Source: Chrysemys picta bellii (lineage: Eukaryota). From it: 64,000 bases of DNA. A model generated the notes under the pieces. The model did not search any database. It was not told where the DNA came from and saw nothing but the letters and a program-made list of their open reading frames with translations. The stretch covers positions 19,716,001-19,780,000 of the forward strand of contig NC_088808.1 in assembly GCF_011386835.1 (NCBI RefSeq). Reading direction: 5' to 3'. The position numbers were made by a program, and so were the translations under genes. Positions 50,901-64,000 of this stretch are shown here, piece after piece; the stretch's first letter is position 1; each line of letters starts with the position of its first letter.

Positions 50901-53900
50901 TAGGGCGGGATGTGGCTGCAGGTTTAACTCTCCCGGCTACCAGGGATGAGCCAAACCCAAACTGCTCCCCTGCCTGTCCCGCTCACTAGGGGGCGCCAAG
51001 CAACCCACCCATCTCAAACCCAACTGCAATTCGAAAGCTCTTGGGGTTAGTTTCCCCCCCCCCCCTTCTGTTTCTTTGGGTGATTAAATTGCTCTCCTTC
51101 TAACATCATCCCACTCGACCAAGTGGCCTGTTTTGTAGACTGCTGCTTCCCCAGAGAGAAGAGCTCATTCCAGGGTGGGGTGGGGTGGGGTTTTTTGGTT
51201 TAACATGTGCCCAGCAGAATGAAAAACTAAACCATCCGACCCTTAAGGGTGCAGATGTTTTTTCACTTTTATTTTAAATGCACTTTAGAGTAATTTTACC
51301 CTCTACTTCATGGAAATAGTGGGGCGGGGGTGTTTTTGTTTGTTTTGTTTGTGTGTGTGTGTGGGGGGGGGTCCTTAATTCTGCCTTTTATTTCCAAGTG
51401 GTCCCAGTCATTGTGATTAAAGGGTTGGGGGGGTCTCAGTCTAACTTGCAAACTCTCTTTCCAAACGTTTATAACTCAGTTCGATGTAGGCTGAGACTCA
51501 ATACACAAGGGGTTAACTCAGAACCGCTTTGCAAAACTTTAGAAAAACTCTTCCTAGTGGTTTTTGAGCTACACAAGAGCAGCAGTGAAGGTCTGGATGT
51601 CTCAGGTGCATGACTGAGGAATGATGTTATTTATCGGAGCGTCTTGTACACTAACAATGAGTTAAAGTGAATTTGAATTCTTGTCTGAGAGTCAGTGAAA
51701 TATCCTTCAGAACTCTCCAAATTACCAAAACATCGAAGGGTGTGGCTACAGGACGGCCACAACAGCAGCACACCCGCGGTGCTGCAACTGTAGTGCCGTA
51801 GTGTAGGAAGGGGTTTTTCCACCTCCGTGGTTAATCCATCTCTACGAGAGGTAGTAACTAAATCAACGCTAGAATTCTTCCTTCCACTTAGCCACGTCTA
51901 CAAAGGGTCAACTTAACTATGTTGCACAGGGCCAAAATTTTTCACAGCCCTGAGCGACGTAGCTAGGTCGATCTAATTTTTAAATATAAATCTGACCTAA
52001 CAAATCCTCTGACACTCCAAGAACCAGGCATCAAAGCTCAGGGGCATAGGGCCCAATTCTAGCAAAGATCGTGGTGCTCAGCCGTTCGCAGGATCGGCTC
52101 CTTACACATTACACCACACAACAGAATCAGATAAAAGCATAAATGCTATGGCCCAAATGTGTCCCTGATGCATTTTCATTTCCTCTAACCCAGTTTCACT
52201 ACAAGGAACACATCAAGCCCAATGGTCCAGCTGCCCACAGACTTCCTCGGCTGGCATGTTACTTTGTTAGACGCCTTGGTCAATTATCAAAGAAAATGGT
52301 TCAGTCCCTTTGTGCAAACCGGGATTTCCTTTGTCTCTATCTTCCCTCGTAAAGGAATGAGAGCAAAGTAGCGCTATTGTTCCTAAAACAACTTAGCGCA
52401 GTCTCCTGTCACCTGGCCGTGCACAGAACTGCCCCCAAAGCCAGCAGGAGTTGGCGTGTGAAGGAAGGTCAGGGTATGGTCCATATGGGAATATTTGTTA
52501 CCCTCTAGCTTGGGGTTGTTGTTTTTTAGCACATGGACATGTAGGGGAAATAGTTAGCAGCTAGACAACAGCAGCTCAGAAATCGCTGGCGCGTCTCCTG
52601 TCTGGGAGTTGGGCAGGCGGCTGATTTAAGCCCAGCTGCCCTCTGTCCATAGTCACATCAGCTGAAGGTTGGTGCTACAGCCCCAGCGCAAGGTCACGAT
52701 GCATTGGGGCTGATTCTCCACTGCTGTGCATTCATTTACACCCGTGCAAAGTGAGCGTGAAACACAACGAGCCAGATCCTCAACTAGCGCCCGAGCTCCA
52801 TGAGCCGAGGTACTCGCCCCGCCGTTGTGTCTTGATAGCAGGTTATCCCCCCTTTGCCTTGGTGTGAATGACAAGGAGCAGGGGAGTGGAGAACGAGACG
52901 CCGTGCGTGTGATGGAATGGGGCACGCACATGAGAGGAGTCCGGATCCCTAGAGGCAGAGAGGATAACCAAACCCATCAAAGGAAAAGGTCATTGGCTCT
53001 GATTGAAAAGGCAGTTCCCCTTTGTGTAGCATCTTGCATTATGTAAGCACGAAACAAGAATTGTTTTATTCCTCCGTCTGGATCCATCTACCCCTGGGGA
53101 ATTATTTAAACTCATTTAATCTCATAAACTCAAAGCACAGACAGCCCTTCCCACAGGGACAGTAATAATCTTAATGCACGGTCTATTATTGCAGCCCTAG
53201 TGCCAGGGGGAAAAGAACAGTGCCCGCTATGGAACTCTGCTTCCAAGTAGATTTCTATTAGCCAAGTGAAAAGCTTGTCCATAAAGGTGTTGGATTTCAT
53301 TTCACTGCTGTGCCACTCACCTGATCTGTTGAAATCAGTCATTTGTCATGAACCGAGGATGCTTCCTTTAAACGGCACCATGATTTCTTACTGTTGGAAC
53401 AAATAAAACCACGGTTATGCACTGCCGTTCTCCTGACGTATGATTTCCTTGATTCAGATCTTGATCATTCTGGGCCTGCCTTTGGCTTCCTTGTGCACCC
53501 AACTCTCCCTCCGGACTATTTGGGTGGGGCAGCAGGAGTACAGGATCAGGCCCAATCTCAATGCACACTTTTAGCAAATATTTATAATGAAACCACACTA
53601 CAAAAATATAACCATTTGGTGGGGAATGGATGGAAAGAAGTGACTGGCGCTATTGTAGGACAGCATCCATCCTTCGGATGGTACATTTTTTCCTGTGCAA
53701 CGCAAGTCCGGGAGGACAAATTTTCACTGTGGGGTTTGCATGAGCACGATCCTTTACACTGGTATAAATTGGGAGTATCCCCACCAAAGTCAGTGGAGTT
53801 CCACTGACTTAAATCTGGCACAAGAGGAAAATCAGGGCCTGTGTGACTTCAGATTATTCCAAAGTGCAGTTATAAAATCGGCAGGAAAATGAACATGTTG

Positions 53901-54539
53901 TTTCTAAAGAACTCTAGGTGGGACCATCTAACTCAGAGCTGGTACTTATCCCCCCAGCAATACGTTCTGCTGCATCCAATATTCATTCCAAAGCAATGCG
54001 GGAGGCTGAATTAGGTGCTTCATTCCCAGTGAATTCTGATGGGCTTTGAACATCCATCTTCCTTAGGCTCATCTGAAAATCCCAGTTTGAAACCATCAAT
54101 TACACAGCCCCAAGCAGCGTGTTATCCCATCCCCAGTACTCCTCCCGCAGGGCTCGTCTGCCTGAAGGAATAGTCCGGATTAGCTATTCTACACTAGCTC
54201 GCCATGTGAATGCTCTTATTCTGCTCTGCCTTTGGGCAGTTTAGCTTAATCCAGTTTGGAAGCAAAAAGGCACCCCGAGTGGAATAGAAGCACACCCTAG
54301 CTTATTTCACAATCGCTTCCCCAGGCATTCTCAGTGCTCCACCCCTAGGGATATGCTATGCCAGCCCCAAACCGAGTGTCCTCGAGCAATGTTATACCAT
54401 ACTTAGTGCCCATCCCGAAACACTATGATATACCAGCCGCAGTACTTTCAGCCATGTATTCTAAACCTGCCAACAAATACAGAAACAACTCCACCGACAA
54501 ATATTTCAGTTCTCTTTGAATTCCTAATGCGTATAAGGC

Positions 54540-54730
54540 TCTGTCAATATTGCACAATGAATCCTCATCTCATCCCTTGGAGGGAGGTCAGCGATATTAT
54601 CCCCACTCTACTGATGGGGAAATGGAGGCAGAGCGGTTAGGTGACTCACCAAAGACCACAGAAAGAGTTAGTGTCAGAGCTAGGCATAGAATTCAGGAAT
54701 TGCTGGTGCCCTGGCCTGTGCTGTACCCAC
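54540..54730 (+). mobile_element. MIR/CORE-type SINE
   Basis: attatccccactctactgatggggaaatggaggcagag...ggtgactcaccaaagaccaca...agaattcagg. Confidence 0.65.
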
Positions 54731-56200
54731 TACACTACACCACCCTTTGCCAAACTGCATGGGAATTTAAGGTGAAACATTTGACTGGAAAATTTGGGGC
54801 CCAGTCCTGTAAGGTTTCAAGCACCCTCAGCTTCAAGTCAATGAGTGGCAGATGCTCAGTTTTGCAGGATCATTCCTTAGTTATGTAACGGAAGTGTAAA
54901 ATCATACTCAGATACCAATGTGTGAAGGAGGATGGATTAATTCACACCTAACTGCATTCATGGCACACAGCTTTTAGCTTCACCTCTGATAACAACACAC
55001 TAGGTAGGAATAAATACACCATAATTCAAGCTCTCTGTTATCTTATTGCTTAATTATTTCTGACGTGCATTGCAGCAATTTATAATTTTGCAATTATTTT
55101 AGTTGCTAAAATGTTTGAATTTTGGCTCCTTTTTCTAGGACAAATCTTTATTCAGGCAAACTGTCACTGACATCAGTGTCAGCTAGGTAAGGACTGAGGA
55201 TAAACTGATAAAAGTCTATTTGATCCCCGGGCTGTAGGGAAGCATTCAGTGCCTGGGACTGTAATATTCACTTCGCTGGGCCAACACCCAGATGGTCAAA
55301 GTTATTTAAATACCACTGAGTATCTGGGCACAAATCCTCAACTGGTGTAAATTGGGATCACTCCCGTAATTTAAATGGAGCTGTGGTCATTTACAGCACT
55401 GAAGATCTGTCCATTGCTCTGTTAATGCTAATGCTATAGGATTTCGGAAAAGCAAGTTCATGTCTTTTAGTTCTTCAGTTGAAGTCTATCTAGATTTGAT
55501 ACCATCCCTAAACTGATATTCTGGATGATTCACCCACAGTGCACCCCGCCAGGCATTAAAAATGGACTCCTGCTACATCGAATATTATTGTTTGTCTCAA
55601 GACCAAGAAAGAAACGTTCCTGCATAATCGCTTCTTATTTGTAAAAAAGTTGAAATCTATCTGCCAATGCAGAGTCTTATAACAGCAACGCTGCTTTCCC
55701 CACAGACTACAATGTAAATTATGACTCACTCCAAATGCTTTACAGGATCAGTTCTAAATGAAAAGCCAGGTTAAATTTTAAGGGCAAAATTCTTGTCTCA
55801 TATCCTCACCCTCATGTCACCTGCAGTGCAGATTCTTATAGCATAAGCTGCAGACATGGTAGGCGCACAGCTCTGGTGATGTCAGTGGGTTTATGTAAAG
55901 CAGACATGAGATCCCAGGCACTGAAGGCTGAGTGTGGGAAAAAGATGAGATCCTGGATTCCTTGCACACCTGGTTCCCAGTGACATCAGAGTTTTGGGTG
56001 TGCAGCAAGCGCTGCAGCAGGGCCCTGAGGGAGGAGTACAGGCTTTGGCTCTAGATCCACACGGGAGTTGTGGCTCTGCAAGAAAATGGTACCCTGCATA
56101 GATGAAAAATGGATATGAATGACTAACAGAGAGGACACAATAGGAGACTCAGCACTAAGGCCCCGATTCAGGAAACTATCCCTATTCAGGAAGGCATGTA

Positions 56201-56354
56201 CATAAGAGAATAAGAACTGCCATAATGGAGTCAGACCGATGGTCCATGTTGTCCGGTATCCTGTCTTCTGACAGGGGCCATTGCCAGATGCTTCGGGGGA
56301 ATGAACAGAACAGGGCAATTTATCAAATGATCCATCTCTGATCATCCAGTCCCA
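56201..56354 (-). mobile_element. CR1 LINE 3-prime end
   Basis: cataagagaataagaa is the reverse complement of the (TTCTTATG)n-type CR1 tail, followed by gtcagaccgatggtccat...tatcctgtcttctgacag. Confidence 0.75.
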
Positions 56355-59300
56355 ACAAAGTCAATGGGACTTAAACATGTGCTTAAGTGCTTTCCTGAAC
56401 TGGGGCCTTAGAGGCAGTAATGGGCAGGCTAGATAGATAGATAAGCAAATTCTTAAAACATATTTGCAATAATTTTGCTACAAAATCAGGCCTGACCCAG
56501 TAGTCGTTCTACACACTGACCTCTCCTGGACTGCAGTGGGGGGATTGCATGCAGCATAGCTCCATGAACAGAGAGCTAAAGTAACAATGATTCTTTAGTG
56601 CTTCTTTACCAAGCATTTTATTATTTGAGGGGGAACATTTTCAATTGGAATGCTTGGGTCTTTTAAATTAAGGAAACAGAGGAGCAACCCCATTCCGCAA
56701 AGTTTGCTAAGGAAAAAAGAACACCCACCCTACTGTTCTCTATTGCACTTGCTGTGAACCAGACTCTGATCTCCTTTACATGGTATAAATCCACAGTAGC
56801 TCCACTGAAGTCAGTGCAACTTAAAGCAAGTGAAATTGAGATAAGCACCTGTCAGCTCACCTATCGCCCAGTGCTGTGGGTACCTCTGGTCCAAAGTCTA
56901 CAGTCATTATTCAGGCAAATAGGTAAATGTTTTGCTGGTATAAAGACAAACACTCAGTGAGGACCTCAGGACTGGCCTCTTATAATTAAATACTATGGAA
57001 GTAATTCACTGCAGTCTAATTTTCTCCACCATAAAGCAAATGTATGAGAATCATTAATATCGTTTATTATTTAGCCAGGTTTATTATATAGTATTACTTA
57101 TGCTCCATATTATTTGCACAACATTTAGATGAGACAGTGATGGTCGCTGTATAAAAGTCAAGAGAGAGACACTTACAAAACATGGATCTCTTTTGCACCT
57201 GGATCAATCAAGAGTCACTCCATTAACTTCAGTGGAATTACACTGGTGTAAAATTGGTGTCAGTCAGGAGAGAAATCAGCCCCCATGTTTTTTCCTGTAC
57301 ATTCACCCAGCAAAATCACTCCCTAAGGAAATATACTGCCCTCAATCCATTGCGGGAATCGATCTGAGTTGCATGCATGGATTAAATTGGTCCTTAAATC
57401 ACGCCTCTGCCAACAAATAGTTGCTTCAAGAAGAAATCGTTTTAAAATAGATCATTTTGTTCTTATGAGCCTTTGATTCTAAGAGGCCGTTTCTGGTTCA
57501 AAAGTGATTGCACGTAAGCATGCACTAAATGGACCAAAGTAGAGCTTTCCTAGCTTATCGGCTTTCCAAGAAGCAGATCAGGTAGGCATACAGGAATTCC
57601 CAGCACTGTAGGGCGGGTATTGTAGTGGGAGAGGAGGGCAGAGAGAGATTGAATATGGGAACATTTTAATTTCTTCAGTTTGTTTTTTCTGCCATCTGTT
57701 CTCTCCCCTCCCCGCATTCCCTTTTTTTGTCCTTTTGTGTCTATTTTGAAGGCACACATTAAATCTGCCCCCTTATGCTCCGAATTGACTTACTGTCCCA
57801 TCGCCCGTGTATATCGATTGAGACTTAGATTTATTTTGCTGCAATTTGTAAATCTACTGCCCCTCCACAGACTCTATATTATAAAGAAATATGTCAAAAT
57901 GAGCAAGCTTCTGAGAGTCAATTCCTCTTCATTAGCTGGGGGGAACCCACTGGAGTTGAGCCTCAGATATTATTGAGGGGTGCAAATTGAGATCCCAGAA
58001 TTAGACTGTGGATCACAGGGAATAATGTTTAAAAAGTCAAACAAATACACACTCTAGGTCCAGTCAGTGTTTTCTTACCCCACTGCTAATTCCGCTGTAA
58101 TCCACAGTAGATCCAGATTTAATGATGGGGGACAGGGTCCGAGTCCAGCCACTATATCTGTGTTGCTGACTCATGCAGTCAGCTTCCCATGGCCGATGAA
58201 GAGAGTGTCAGAAGCTTGCCCATCAGCTCATCACCTACAATTCCTTGTTCTTTTATTCTTTGCTTAGTTCATTCATCAGACTACCACGGCTGCACCCCGC
58301 AGAGAAATACGCAAAATCGTCTTTTCCCTCAGAAAAAAATGCCCAAGGAGAAAGCGTTCCCTAGCATTATACTTCTGTATATCCTCTATCTCCAGTGCCA
58401 GCCTCATTTTGGGTATTACAGTAACTGACACCCAAAGTACCCTCCGAACTAAGGACAAATATTATCCCCAAACCACAGACTGCCCGCCCACCCACCCACA
58501 TTGTGTTCTGCCATGGATCGAGGGCGGTATATGGCTATCCACACACCGTAGAGATATAACATCACCTACCCCTGAAATGCAGCCTCTGGGGTGAAATGAG
58601 ACAGCTCTTTAGCAACACACAGAACTCCGCAGGATGCAAATCACCCAGCTACACAGCTGTAACTTCACATGATCTTTGACTTCTTGCTCGCCAGAATCAG
58701 ATAATTCTCAGCAAATAGAAGCACACTAAATATCCAGGATATGCTGCCCCTATTTGAGATTTCTGGGATCTTCCCAGCCCCTGGGGATCATTCAGTGCTG
58801 TATTTTGCCTAATGACTTTTTTAGTATTGGGAATCGAAAACAACTGGATCTGATTAGTAATAAGCTTTGCATTAGAGTTCTTTGAATCATTGTCACATGG
58901 GGGGTGAAGGGAGGAGAGAGTGGTGCATATTTGCACTGTATAGCTATGGACCAACATGCATGTATCATAGACAATACCTATAGCCCTCTTAATCATTGTA
59001 CCAATATGGGGTTTGGGGGAAAGCAAAAGAAAGTAACTTTATGGAAACAAATGAGCACTATCTATATAGTTCTTGCCACTGTGTCTGTTTGTTCCCACAG
59101 CCTTAAACCCCAGGCTTTGACCTGTATATGGACAGTACATAAATTAAACTTCTTATATTTGACCTCCATCGCTCTTCTTTTCAAGACAAACAGCTTGAGT
59201 GGCGGTGAAGTGAAATTAAAAATTTGCCCAAAGGGCTGGATTCTGCCCTCAGAAATACTGAAGACAAAGGAATTCCTCTGGATTTGCCCCAGTGTAACGG

Positions 59301-61019
59301 AGAGCAGAGTTGGCCCTACGTGAGCGCACTCTGCGTTTCTCGGAAGAAGCCAATAGTTGCTTCAAAAAAACCTCTTTGCTGTAAGAATAATTTTGTATTG
59401 TTCTTTATTGAGCCAGACCCTGAGGTTCTTAGTCACTTTCTCTGATGTTCAAAGTCCTACTGAAGCCACTGGATAGAGACCTCAGGAACTGGCCTGTTGC
59501 TACTGGGATAATGTAGGCTCTGATTGGCATCTCTTTTAACCCTCATATGCTGGCTTTCCTACCCATCCCCAGCACCCTGCAGCCCTTGGGCACTACGCCC
59601 GTTCTGGCATACGGTACCTGCTACGTCCTCTCCTCCTCTCTGCGTCCCTCTGCAGCGGCCATGGGAAATGGGCCACCTTCTCCTGCTCCAAGCAACTCTC
59701 CACAACCCAGCCGCCACCTCCTCTGCTGTTTGCCGCTGCTGCATGGCCAAGGCCTCTCCTCCCCAGCTGGGCTGCATCTGCTCCTCTCCTGTGCTTCCCC
59801 AGCGAGGCTGGTCACTGGTGCTGCAGGCAGGCAGGAGGTCCCTTTAGAGGTGGAAGGGAGGCTTTTTATGGTTTTCTTCCTGTATAAATCAGGATTGGAA
59901 TGGACAATCCCAGACAGGACTTCCTGTGTGTGTTGCTCACTGATAACGAGCTCAGAGAGCAGAACAAACACAACGGACAGCTCACAGCAGGCCGAGAGAG
60001 GGAGAGGGCCTCGGGACAAGGCAGCCCCAGCAGCCCTCGTGGGCTCCCCCGTGACACCCCAGTCACAGCGAGAGGGGGGGCTAAGAGTGTCTCCAGGCCA
60101 CTTCCAAGCAGTATGGTGCTGGGACCCACAGACTGACAGAACACGGACAGCCCCAAGTGGCTGCAGTGAGAGCCCCTCTCTGGGGCTCCCCAAGCTCCTC
60201 TGAGGGTCACCCCTAGACCGGGCAGATGGATGGGGGGAGCTTTTCAGAGACACTGGCACGTCTTAGCTTTTAGCAATGAACCTGGCTGCCCCTCCGGCTC
60301 TGTGTTAAACCCAGAGCTGCAGCCTAAAAACCAAGGTCCCCTGCCACACGGCTTTGGGATTGGCGCTGGGGGGGGAGAACTGGGCAGCCGAGTGGAACTG
60401 ACCCCCCCCCCCCCCGCTCTCCATCCCGGAGCACACCCCGATGCTTTCCAGGGACGTTCTGGCTGCACTCAGCCAAGAGCAAGTGGGACTCTTTCTAGAA
60501 GTGTTAAACCCCTCCCGGAACATAGCATCCCTTTCGCTCCCCCCGCACTGAATCTGGTTATATACTGGAGATATTTAAACACACGGGCTCTCAAGTGGCT
60601 GATGGGTGAAGAAAACCTACCCAACCCCCAACACCTGGTGAGCCAGAAAACCCTGGCCAAGCTACAACTGCGTCGGGCAGAAGACAATGAGCCTTTCCTA
60701 TTTGCTTCATCGGTTGGAACTCATCCCAAGGCAGCAGTGACTGAAAGCCAGTAGCATCCGCTGGCTGTCCGGCAGCCTACACAAAATGAAGCTCAGTCAA
60801 GTTCCCAAGGGGGAGGCATGCATGTCCCCAGCCGGTGGCTTGCTGGAAGCCAATGCTCTCACATGGCTCTCTAGGTTCAGTTCAGGGCACACTGGTGGGA
60901 GAAGCTTGCACAGCCTATGCTGTGCCTGGATTTGGATTAATATCTAATTATATCTATTATTAATTACTGTATCTATTCATATCTAAGTATGGAATTATAC
61001 ATCATAATCATTAAGGGAT

Positions 61020-61165
61020 CGTTTTTGTAATTCTCACAATACCCCTCGCGAGGTAGAGATGTGTTACTTCCATTTTACAGATGGGGAACTAAGCTACAGG
61101 GTAGAATAAGGGACTTGTCCCAGATCACACAGGAAGTCTATAGTCAAGCTGGGAACTGAACCTAA
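61020..61165 (+). mobile_element. MIR/CORE-type SINE
   Basis: cattttacagatggggaactaag...gacttgtcccagatcacacagg...gaactgaacc. Confidence 0.65.
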
Positions 61166-62506
61166 CGGGTCATCCTTCCTCCCTTAGTATTTATCTAGAG
61201 ATTGCCATCTGGCTCTTAGCATCCGTACTACATTCATTGGGAAACAGAAGAAGAAAATATTGGGATGTATAATATTACAGCCCATCAGAACATGGGAATA
61301 TAGTCCCCAGGCCAACCCACCAATATTTTCATCAACATTTTGTGAGGATTTCAAAATTCCCCACAATTCAAAGTTCAACCAGTTGTAGCCGGTCAAAGAT
61401 TGGGGCAGGGGGTGGGGTAGAAATTCAGGTATTTTTCCCTTTTTAAAAATATTGAAATTCACAATTTGGATTAAAAGAAATCACATTTTGAAATGTGAGA
61501 TCTTTATTCACACCCTGACTCAGTTACACACTTAAGCATGTCTGGACCTCCCCATTCAGCACAGCATTTACTCCTGTGAAATCACAGCAACGCCACACGT
61601 CTAAAGTTATGTGCAAACTTAAGTGTTTTAAGGTCTTGAGATAGCAAAACACTTTAGCATGTGCTTAACTTTAAGCACACAAGTGATCCCATCCTGATTC
61701 AGCAAAGCACTTAAGCAGGAACTTAACCTTAGCTGAATCAACTGAATATTTATTTCCCGTATTTACTTATTTTCCTTAGTGGGAGCCTTTCCATTGTTAT
61801 TTTTCCTACCATCATTTTAATTTGATATTTTTAACAATATATAATTTCAAATTGTGTACAATTCATTATTATTATTAGCACTGTTTTCAGAAGCATTTCT
61901 TTGTCGCCCATCACCATGGTATCTGGGTGCCTATTGGGTAGTGCCTGTTGTATTGAATAGTGCATTTAGGGTCTTTTCCAAAGTCCCCTGAAATCCATGG
62001 AATGGCTTCCATTGATCTGCGTGGCCTTTGGATCAGGCTAAGGCAGATGCATTAGACACTGAAAGCAATACAGAACTCTAACTACCCAGAGCTAGGAGGA
62101 CAGCAGAACCTCAGATTGGAGCCCCCGCACACTGGGAAGTTCAGATCCAGAGTCGATCTAATGCTCTATAAAGTGCAGTCGTGAGTTCAGTTCTGCAAGG
62201 TGCTGAGCGCTCATGTGAAGTGCTGAGCAATCTCATGTCCCAAGATCCCCAGGTCACCAAACTCAACCCCCCTGAGTTTTGGGAAAGATCCGATCCAGGC
62301 CCAGTTATCAGCTCCAGCAACGGCCTCTAGCTCTAACCCATCCTTTCCCATGTCTTCTCGCCTATTCATAGCAACGGGTCACACTCCATTCTTGAGAGCA
62401 TGTCAGCCACCCACCCAGCAACAGCTCACATGGAGACAAGTGGAGGACTCGTTTTCTGACCTCTTCGTTCAAGTCAACGGGAGTGAAAATGTGATGTGTG
62501 GAAAAC

Positions 62507-62519
62507 ATTTCCTGTTTAC
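62507..62519 (-). promoter_or_regulatory. FOX:ETS composite motif (GTAAACAGGAAAT)
   Basis: Forkhead core GTAAACA fused to ETS core AGGAAAT, about 12 kb upstream of the EGFL7 CpG island. Confidence 0.55.
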
Positions 62520-62692
62520 TGAAATGTACCGGTCATGTTAACTGGTGAGGCGGGAAATGGTCACAAGAGGCCACAACATTGTGTATTTTTAAATTCAAAA
62601 TAATGACACCTCATCTCCAAGCGATTTGTTATCCTTTTGTGGAGGTCAGGCCTTCTGGTAAAAACGGTCTGGGGGGTGGAGGTGCACGCGTG

Positions 62693-62982
62693 TATGGGTG
62701 TGTACACATTCAAAGTGCTGTATTGACTTGTAGATAATACTGCAATCCGTGTGTGTGTGTACAATCAAGGTGTGTGTGTGTGTGTACAATCAAGGTGTGT
62801 GTGTGTGTGTGTACATTCAAAGTGCTGTATTGACTTGTAGATAGTACTGCAATACATGTGTGTGTACATTCAAAGTGATGTGTGTGTGTACATTCAAAGT
62901 GGTGTGTGTGTGTGCATGCATTCAAAGTGGTGTGTTGACTTGTAGATAGTACTGCAATCCGTGTGTGTGTACATTCAAAGTG

Positions 62983-63014
<32 letters not shown>

Positions 63015-63262
63015 ATTCAAAGTGCTGTATTGACTTGTAGATAGTACTGCAATACATGTGTGTGTACATTCAAAGTGATGTGTGTGTGTGTGTGTGCATG
63101 CATTCAAAGTGGTGTGTTGACTTGTAGATAGTACTGCAATCCCTGTGTGTGTACAAAGTGGTGTGTGTGTGTCCATTCAAAGTGGTGTGTGTGTGTGTGC
63201 GTACATGCAAAGTGCTGTATTGACTTGTAGATACTCGGTACTGCGATCCATGTGTGTGTGTA
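62693..63262. repeat. Compound minisatellite: (GT)n tracts separated by acattcaaagtg and tattgacttgtagatagtactgcaat modules
   Basis: Direct reading. Recurrent modules with variable GT length. Confidence 0.92.
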
Positions 63263-63593
63263 GTGCTGTGCTGAGCTGTAGGCAGCTACTGCTTGGGAGG
63301 GGCTCCTCGGTTTGAATGGAGGCGGATGCTCTCCGTGCAAGAAGGGGCAGCACAGTGCCAGCGGAGCAAATGCCGTGGCAGAGAAGGGCTCCTGTTGGAG
63401 GTGCTCAGGCTAGGACACTTGTGGGAAATAATGAAGGCTGAAGAAAATGAAGACAACAAACAAGCAGGCCTTCCTAGCCCCTGGGAAGGACAATGAGCAA
63501 AATGCTGTGGGCCAAACTGTGCCATTTCATCTGCATTGAGCAGGGTGTACGGTGCTTAGGAAGATAAACCTTTAGAATCGTTTAGCCTGCTCT

Positions 63594-63716
63594 TAGGGTG
63601 ACCAGGCAGCAAGTGTGAAAAATTGGGATGGGGGTGGGGGGTAATAGGAGCCTATATAAGAAAAAGACCCCAAAATCGGGACTGTCCCTATAAAATCGGG
63701 ACATCTGGTCACCCTA
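63594..63716. mobile_element. 123-bp hAT MITE
   Basis: TIRs tagggtgaccag / ctggtcacccta. Exact 8-bp TSD cctgctct at 63586-63593 and 63717-63724. Confidence 0.92.
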
Positions 63717-63908
63717 CCTGCTCTCCCCAGGCACCCCACCCTCTTTGGGGACAGTTTGGCCCCTGGGGCACATACAGGGGCAGTCCTTATACCCGGCACC
63801 CAAGGGTTTCCGTGTGGCCCCCTATGAAGTCCACTAGGCATTGGCCTGGAGATCAAATCTATCAGCTCAGCACTCATATACTATGCCGATGGGCACTACA
63901 GAAAAACC

Positions 63909-63910
<2 letters not shown>

Positions 63911-63962
<52 letters not shown>
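63911..63962. repeat. (GA)25 microsatellite
   Basis: Direct reading of the sequence. Confidence 0.95.
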
Positions 63963-64000
63963 CCAGGACATTTATTTTCAAAGCAGGGGACCTTGATCCT

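Noticed and set aside
59524-60754. Cluster of 100-218 aa ORFs on both strands
   Set aside because: GC-rich, repeat-like intergenic sequence; no recognisable domain or exon-intron structure.

Overview
Vertebrate genomic DNA, most likely a turtle (inferred from CR1, MIR-type SINE, Penelope-like and GC-rich hAT repeats). It holds two complete, convergent genes. AGPAT2 (+ strand) has 6 coding exons, 1824-23428, 279 aa, and an obligatory GC-AG first intron. EGFL7 (- strand) has 8 coding exons, 44573-28257, 278 aa, and hosts an intact miR-126 hairpin (36628-36710) in the intron after the cbEGF exon. The rest is intronic or intergenic: CpG islands (about 1.5-2.3 kb and 49.6-50.9 kb), candidate endothelial enhancers, many transposon remnants (several with exact 8-11 bp target-site duplications), mini/microsatellites and a 161-N gap. 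Most long ORFs in the track are artefacts of GC-rich repeats. I found no clearly new protein-coding system. The best leads are: a perfect 94-bp Penelope fold-back with a minimal hammerhead-ribozyme-like motif on both strands inside AGPAT2 intron 5; a FOX:ETS motif next to a tandem repeat built of TCF/LEF and GATA motifs; a 241-bp higher-order repeat inside a hAT element in the miR-126 host intron; a possible shared bidirectional polyA region; uORFs at the EGFL7 start; and absence of the EGFL7 RGD motif.
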